Assembly (NCBI GenBank): GCA_039630055.1
Contig: JBCNVN010000002.1
Span: 64,001 to 128,000, forward strand
Direction of reading: 5' to 3'
DNA: 64,000 nucleotides
Source of the DNA: Candidatus Caldarchaeales archaeon
Lineage (GTDB): Archaea; Thermoproteota; Nitrososphaeria_A; Caldarchaeales; Wolframiiraptoraceae
The position numbers were made by a program, and so were the translations under genes. Positions 58,350 to 64,000 of the stretch are shown here, piece by piece. The notes below the pieces were generated by a model that was not told the DNA's origin, searched no databases, and saw nothing but the letters and a program-made list of their open reading frames with translations. The first letter of the stretch is position 1. Each line of letters begins with the position of its first letter.

Positions 58350-59981
58350 ATGGGCTTAGGAAGAGAAGGAGAACAAGTTAAAGATAGCAAGATAGGTCGG
58401 GGTATAAACGTGATAGGTCATGGAACCTGGATGGATAAAATAGCCAGTGAGCTGATCGAGCGGGAGAAGACCTTGAATAGAAGTCTAGATCTTATTAGGA
58501 CTGAGAGCGGTATAGGAGCTTCGGGGATCCCACATGTAGGCAGCATGGCCGATGCTGTTAGAGCTTATGGAATATCTATGGCTTTGACTGAAATGGGATA
58601 TAAGTCTGAGACGATAGCCTTCAGCGATGATATGGATGGTTTAAGAAGGGTGCCCTCGGGATTCCCGAGAGAGCTTCAAGAGTATCTACTCGTACCGGTC
58701 TCAAGCATCCCCGATGTCTTGGGATGCCACAAATCATTCGCAGAACATATGAGCAGTATTCTTAGAGAAGCACTGGATACTGCAGGTATAAAGTATTCTT
58801 TCAAGTCCGGTAGAGAGACATATGCTAGCGGAGTTCTATCAGAAGCAATCCATAAGATACTCTTAAATGCGGAGAAGATAGGGAAGACTATCTTCGAGTT
58901 GACTGGTCAAGAGAAATATCTAAAGATCTTACCATTCTTTGCAGTATGTAAGAATTGTGGAAGAATCTATACTACTCAATCTTATAGTTACGATTCTCAG
59001 AGAAGGCTTGTAAAGTATAGATGTACTGGTGTAGAGATTAAGGGCAGATGGTTTGATGGATGTGGCTATGAGGGAGAGGCAGATATAAGGAGAGATGATG
59101 GTAAACTTGCATGGAAGACAGAATTCGCAGCTAGGTGGAGCTATCTAGATATTAGATTTGAAGCATATGGTAAGGATATAGCAGACTCGGTGAAGGTAAA
59201 TGACTGGGTATCGAGGAACATCTTAGGATATGAACCTCCCATGCATGTTAGATACGAGCTATTCTTGGATAGGTCTGGAAGAAAGATATCAAAGTCTGCT
59301 GGGAACGTATTCACTTCTCAAGATTGGTATAGGTATGGAACACCTCAAAGCCTCCTTCTACTCTTATTCAAAAGAGTTATAGGAACCAGAATAGTATCCT
59401 ATGAGATTATACCGAAGATTATGGATGAGCTGGACCATCTTGAAGATATATACTATGGCAAGGTAAATATTGAGAACCCGATGGAGAGAGAAAAGCTGAA
59501 AGGATTATATCTCTATTCGCATCTTTTAAAGCCTCCAACCAAACCTTCATCCCACATCCCATACTCTCTCATAGTCGAGTTAACTATGATGGCTCCTGAA
59601 GATAATAGAGAGAAGTTCGTAGTTGAAAGACTTCAGAGATATGGTTACAAGATTGGAGAACAGGATTTGAGGAAGATCAAGCTTGCGATGAATTATGCTT
59701 TAGATTTCGGTTCGATTGTGAAGGAGCCGGTTGAACTATCTGGTAATGAGAGAGAGGCGATAAGAGAACTTATAAACGTTTTAAATTCTGCAGCATCTCC
59801 TAACGATGTCCAGAATATGGTATTCACGATTGCTAGAAAGCACAATATTGATCCACCGGAATTCTTTAAAAAACTCTATAGAGTATTTCTCGGTAGAGAT
59901 TATGGTCCTAGACTAGGGCCATATCTGTGGGATATTGGAGTTGAGAGAGCAGTAAAGATACTTGAAGAATCGATCGCCTAA
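58350..59981 (+). CDS. lysS: Lysine-tRNA ligase, class I
   Basis: SG.PHVG (HIGH), CxxC zinc motif, GKL.WK, KISKS (KMSKS), GPRLG. Confidence 0.96.
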   Translation: MGLGREGEQVKDSKIGRGINVIGHGTWMDKIASELIEREKTLNRSLDLIRTESGIGASGIPHVGSMADAVRAYGISMALTEMGYKSETIAFSDDMDGLRRVPSGFPRELQEYLLVPVSSIPDVLGCHKSFAEHMSSILREALDTAGIKYSFKSGRETYASGVLSEAIHKILLNAEKIGKTIFELTGQEKYLKILPFFAVCKNCGRIYTTQSYSYDSQRRLVKYRCTGVEIKGRWFDGCGYEGEADIRRDDGKLAWKTEFAARWSYLDIRFEAYGKDIADSVKVNDWVSRNILGYEPPMHVRYELFLDRSGRKISKSAGNVFTSQDWYRYGTPQSLLLLLFKRVIGTRIVSYEIIPKIMDELDHLEDIYYGKVNIENPMEREKLKGLYLYSHLLKPPTKPSSHIPYSLIVELTMMAPEDNREKFVVERLQRYGYKIGEQDLRKIKLAMNYALDFGSIVKEPVELSGNEREAIRELINVLNSAASPNDVQNMVFTIARKHNIDPPEFFKKLYRVFLGRDYGPRLGPYLWDIGVERAVKILEESIA

Positions 59982-60139
59982 ATATAAATTATCAATCTAG
60001 AACTTCTAAACTCTAAAGATCATGATTTCACTAGATCTAGAGTGATGGTATTGTACAGATGTGAAGGTTGGGATGTTTAAACCAGAATGCTTAAATACTC
60101 TTTGAAACCATAATACCCAACTAAATCGAGGAGTTTAGA

Positions 60140-60559
60140 ATGGTGGAGAACCTAGTTAAGGTTGGAGATCTTACACCACGTTCCCGTGGTGTAAATCTTA
60201 TTGCAAAGATCGTGAGTAAGACACCTGAGAGAGTTGTTAGGTCGCAGTACGATCAGACAGAGCATAGGCTGAGTGAATTATTAATAGCTGATGAGACTGG
60301 GGCTATAAGTCTAATCTTATGGGATGAAAAAGTAGATCAGGTAAATGAGGGAGATGTAGTGAAGATCGTTAATGGTTTCATTAAGCTCTTTAGAGGAAGG
60401 ATGCAGTTAAACCTTGGAAGGTTTGGAACGATAGAGACCTCTAGTCAAAAGCTGGATCAGGTAAATATAGAGAATAATCTCTCGGAGAGAGAGGTCAGAT
60501 ATAGTGAAAGATATCCAAGAACGTCGAGACCGTCTAGATTTAGAAAACCTAGAAGCTGA
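60140..60559 (+). CDS. ssb: Single-OB-fold single-stranded DNA-binding protein
   Basis: KV.DL.P, ADETG.I.L.LW, NG....FRG..QLN.G, Arg-rich tail. Confidence 0.92.
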   Translation: MVENLVKVGDLTPRSRGVNLIAKIVSKTPERVVRSQYDQTEHRLSELLIADETGAISLILWDEKVDQVNEGDVVKIVNGFIKLFRGRMQLNLGRFGTIETSSQKLDQVNIENNLSEREVRYSERYPRTSRPSRFRKPRS

Positions 60560-60709
60560 AACTAGAAAGAATCAACTTTAGAAAAAATAGGAGATAAGTC
60601 TAACAATAGATAGCTGTAAATATATACGATTACATACGGAGAAGTTCTCAGATAACTTGCTCTATACATAATTGGGATAACCTATAAATCCAGCGGAGTA
60701 AATCTTTAT

Positions 60710-62341
60710 TTGAGTCTAATTTTGACTGAAATAGAAGAGAAGAGGTTGGAGGAGGGACGGCCAGAAGAAAACTTTGAAATAGTAATAGCTGTTCCCGAGT
60801 CTGGAGTTGGTATAGATATTCCAAGAGATAAGATGAAGGCTTTGATAGACCTTCTCGACAGCCTTAAATGGAATAAGAAGATGCTCCTACGATATATTAG
60901 TATTGCATTAAGATTAAGGAGACTTGAGAAGGAATATGGTAAGAGCTTTACTATACTAGTTAAAGAATATGAAAAACTGAGTAGAGAAGAGGTTAAGACT
61001 AGATATTCAATTCAGCAACTTTTAGAGAAGAGAAAGAAGATTGAAGAAGATTTGAGGTTATACATGGACCAGTATAATATTACTTTGGATATTGTAAGGA
61101 AGGTGGCTAAGATCATTGAGGGCCTTAAAGAGCTAGGGCTAGATATAGAAGACCTAAATAAAGCCTTGAAGATAATGAAAGAGTTAAAGAACCATGGATA
61201 CGATATAGAGAGAATATTATCTTCTATCTCTGATCATGAAAGCCTCTCTACAGAGAATGATAGATTAAGAAGACAGATCCAGGAGTCTAGAGAAGCCTTA
61301 GAGAAGATTATCTCAGAGAAGGAAGATCTAGAGAAGAAGTTGAGAGAAAGTTATGGTCTTGTTAGAGGTTTAGAAGACCTTAAGAATGAAGTTGAAAGGC
61401 TAACTGCCGAGAGGGAGAGAATCTTTCAACAGCTCTCACAGTATGAAAACAAGTTAGAAATGGTCAAGAAAGAATTGGAGATATTTACTGGTGGAAAACT
61501 CGAGATGGAAGAGCTGGATAGAGCTTTAAGCGAGAAGAAGATTGAGCTCGAAGATATTAGTAGGAGGGTTGAGGAGCTGAGAATAGAATTATCGGAACTC
61601 ATCGTGGTAGAGAAATCTACCAGAGAGATAATATCTAAGCAGAAAGAACTTTCTAAAAGATTAGAGTTACTAGAGAAAGAAGTTCAAGAGAAGGAGAAGT
61701 ATGGAGAACTGCTTGATGGAGAGATAGCTGCAGCGTACTCGATACTAAAACTACTTCAAGACCCGGAAGGTGGAGGTCTAGAAGACTTAGAGTCTTTGTC
61801 TCAGCATATTCAGAGGATGATCAAGATTAAGCGTGGTGAGACGATAGCTCAGAAACCTCTTGAACCTTACTTCTTAGAGAAGACTAGGAAGACATTAGTA
61901 GACTTGATAATGCCCTATGTTAAGAAAGATTTTGTCCCGAGATGGGTTTTCGAGAGGGTTGAGAGAGAGCTTAAAGCATTAAGCGAGAAGAGAGTCTTAT
62001 TGGAAGAAGAGATTGCTTCACTTAAGAGAAGCATTGAGGCAAAGAGCAAGATTGAGGCATCCAGATCGGTTGAGAGAAAAGAAGAGGAGGCTCAGAAAAT
62101 TTTAACAGCCATCTCAGAGGAGGGCATCATAAATGACCTAAAAACATTGATGGAAGGAAAGAAAGCTAGAATAACATGCATATACTGTGGAGAATATACT
62201 TTAACAAATCTTCCTAAAGATGAAGAACTTAAAGAGCTTGCTTCAAAGAATTGGAGGCTAAGGTTTAGATGTGGAAGATGTGGTAAAACTTATGATCTAC
62301 CACCTGAAGCAATCCTCAAAAAGGTTAGAGGTGAGGCATAA
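60710..62341 (+). CDS. Long coiled-coil protein with C-terminal four-Cys zinc finger
   Basis: Extensive heptads; CIYCG...CGRCG; no Walker motifs. Confidence 0.8.
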   Translation: MSLILTEIEEKRLEEGRPEENFEIVIAVPESGVGIDIPRDKMKALIDLLDSLKWNKKMLLRYISIALRLRRLEKEYGKSFTILVKEYEKLSREEVKTRYSIQQLLEKRKKIEEDLRLYMDQYNITLDIVRKVAKIIEGLKELGLDIEDLNKALKIMKELKNHGYDIERILSSISDHESLSTENDRLRRQIQESREALEKIISEKEDLEKKLRESYGLVRGLEDLKNEVERLTAERERIFQQLSQYENKLEMVKKELEIFTGGKLEMEELDRALSEKKIELEDISRRVEELRIELSELIVVEKSTREIISKQKELSKRLELLEKEVQEKEKYGELLDGEIAAAYSILKLLQDPEGGGLEDLESLSQHIQRMIKIKRGETIAQKPLEPYFLEKTRKTLVDLIMPYVKKDFVPRWVFERVERELKALSEKRVLLEEEIASLKRSIEAKSKIEASRSVERKEEEAQKILTAISEEGIINDLKTLMEGKKARITCIYCGEYTLTNLPKDEELKELASKNWRLRFRCGRCGKTYDLPPEAILKKVRGEA

Positions 62342-62342
62342 T

Positions 62343-62735
62343 ATGTCCAAGGTTGAGAACCCGATAATAAACATGTTATTATGGAGGGTGAGAAAGCTTA
62401 GCGCTGAAGAAGTATTGCAGGTTCTAGCAATACTAGCATCCATAGAAGGTAAGGTATTCACTTTAACAGATGTAATCGAACTTTTGCCGAGAAGGATAGT
62501 TGAGAGCAGACATTTGAGAAGGTGTGTTGGAACCTTACTTCAGAATCTGGTAGAACTTGGATACTTATCAAAACCTAGTGAGAGGAAGTGGAGTAAGAAT
62601 TATCAGAGCTTCAGCCACTTTCTCAATCACTTCATCTTAGAGCTTTCTTCTTTAGAGAAGGGTTTAAAGCCTCGGATCGAGAAGGAGAAGATTGTAAGCG
62701 TCTTGGAGAAGCCTCATCGAGCTTCACGACAATAG
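62343..62735 (+). CDS. Winged-helix DNA-binding protein
   Basis: FTL.D, L..L...GYL......W wing; ATG 62343 follows GGTGAGG RBS. Confidence 0.7.
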   Translation: MSKVENPIINMLLWRVRKLSAEEVLQVLAILASIEGKVFTLTDVIELLPRRIVESRHLRRCVGTLLQNLVELGYLSKPSERKWSKNYQSFSHFLNHFILELSSLEKGLKPRIEKEKIVSVLEKPHRASRQ

Positions 62736-63123
62736 AGCCACTCCAATCTTCTGGAATCTCGATGAATCTCCACCCCTTGTTGAGAAATCTAACGGCTAGG
62801 ATAGGTTTAGGCTTAATCTCTCCACCACATCTAGGACATCTAACTATGAACCTCTTAGAGAATTCTAGAAGCCTATCTACCTGTTCAGAGTTGAGCATAA
62901 CATATTTCTTTCTACTAGATTTTACTTCTATTGCTAGAAGTGCTCCATCATCTACGGCGATTATATCTGGTTTAGCCATCTTTCCAGAGCCGCTTCCAGG
63001 AGTTCTAACGGCATAGAAACCATCACCTGCAGAGATAAAACGTTGAACTAGATAATATTCTCCTTCATAGCCTAGTCTCGCTTTATACTTTGTAGAAGTC
63101 GGAGATCTTGGATGCCTCGGCAT
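62632..63123 (-). CDS. hjc: Holliday junction resolvase (Hjc/Hje family)
   Basis: G...E..LV, VRTPGSG, PDIIA, IEVKS, Q...L.EF, W.F. Confidence 0.92.
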   Translation of the reverse strand: MPRHPRSPTSTKYKARLGYEGEYYLVQRFISAGDGFYAVRTPGSGSGKMAKPDIIAVDDGALLAIEVKSSRKKYVMLNSEQVDRLLEFSKRFIVRCPRCGGEIKPKPILAVRFLNKGWRFIEIPEDWSGSIVVKLDEASPRRLQSSPSRSEALNPSLKKKALR

Positions 63124-63346
63124 ATATGCTACAAATAGATAGAGGCTCATATTAAGCCTATTAGATAGATAGCTTGAAATATATAATCATAGATTATAAA
63201 GATACTAAAGTGTTAGTAGACTCGACGGCATAGGTTTCTCCAGGAATCATAATTCATTCTACAATTATCTATATAAGAATCTTCATTTTAGTTTTAGCCT
63301 ATATAGAGACGATATAGTTTTTAGAAACATTTACAGCCATCTATCT

Positions 63347-63586
63347 ATGCATCCTCCGAGGCCACTGATTAGAAGAAAGATTAAAGGCGTAGTGAGGCTT
63401 AGACCTGGTAGAGGCTTCTCCATAAATGAGATCAGAGAAGTCGGTTTAACGGTTAGAGAAGCTAGAAGATTAGGACTATATGTTGACGAGAATAGAAGAA
63501 GTAAGAGAGAAGAAAACATGAAGATTCTTATAGGTTACTTATCTACGGTTAGAGCATCGGAGGAGGGTGGGGATAAGTTTGAGTAA
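63347..63586 (+). CDS. rpl13e: 50S ribosomal protein eL13
   Basis: R.GRGFS..E....G.....AR.LG..VD..RRS...EN. Confidence 0.93.
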   Translation: MHPPRPLIRRKIKGVVRLRPGRGFSINEIREVGLTVREARRLGLYVDENRRSKREENMKILIGYLSTVRASEEGGDKFE

Positions 63587-64000
63587 GGCTTGGAAGATTA
63601 TTAAAGCTCATGAAAGATATAGGAGTATGACGTTGAACTTGATCCCGAGCGAGAACATATTAAGCTATACGGCATTAAAGGCTCTCTCCACAGACCTTGT
63701 TGGAAGATATGCTCTTAGACCTGAATATTATGGAGGGACTAGATATATTCATGAACTATGGAGTTATGCTGAAGACATTACTAGAAAACTTTTCAAAGTA
63801 GATTATGTAATGCTCGAGCCATTATCTGGACATGTCGCAGCGATCCTCGTCTCACATACATTTTCAAAGAATAAGAAGCTAGCAGCCCTACCTTCAGAGT
63901 TTGGAGGATATCCAGGATATGATAGATTCAAGATACCGGATCTTATAGGTGCGGAACTGGTCCAGCTACCTCCATCAAGAGAGTATTTGACCCCACTAGT
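63579..64000 (+). CDS. glyA: Serine hydroxymethyltransferase, 5' part (truncated by the window edge)
   Basis: TTG start; HERYR..TLNLIPSEN, RY...YYGG.RY, PLSG; frame open to the window end. Confidence 0.88.
   Translation, partial: MSKAWKIIKAHERYRSMTLNLIPSENILSYTALKALSTDLVGRYALRPEYYGGTRYIHELWSYAEDITRKLFKVDYVMLEPLSGHVAAILVSHTFSKNKKLAALPSEFGGYPGYDRFKIPDLIGAELVQLPPSREYLTPL

Noticed and set aside
60710-62341. Second SMC/Rad50-like ATPase
   Set aside because: No Walker A/B or signature motif; only coiled coil and a zinc finger.
1-64000. CRISPR array, cas genes, rRNA, IS elements or provirus
   Set aside because: No regularly spaced repeats, rRNA-like segments, transposase, integrase or capsid motifs were seen.

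Overview
AT-rich archaeal chromosomal window, mostly housekeeping genes. Alba, TFB plus TFE-beta, SMC-ScpAB, eL13, single-OB SSB, class I LysRS, a tungsten-type AOR and a presenilin homolog together suggest a TACK archaeon, probably Aigarchaeota/Caldarchaeales (inference). It holds about 60 CDS, including a peptide ABC operon, a proline/sarcosine dehydrogenase pair and many RNA-processing genes, plus one intron-containing tRNA-Met. No CRISPR array, rRNA, transposase or integrase was seen. Main leads: (1) an unannotated box C/D sRNA whose D guide predicts 2'-O-methylation of wobble C34 in tRNA-Leu(CAA); (2) a secreted-protein/membrane-protein pair with an orphan, frameshifted paralog of the membrane gene 12 kb away, resembling a toxin-immunity arrangement; (3) a stand-alone AEP primase-polymerase coupled to a KaiC-like ATPase; (4) an apparent ACG start codon on prs; (5) an ssb/coiled-coil-Zn/winged-helix/Hjc cluster; (6) a small protein ending in a ribosomal P-stalk-like tail; (7) an orphan putative modification-dependent nuclease. 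All calls come from reading motifs by eye; no searches were run.
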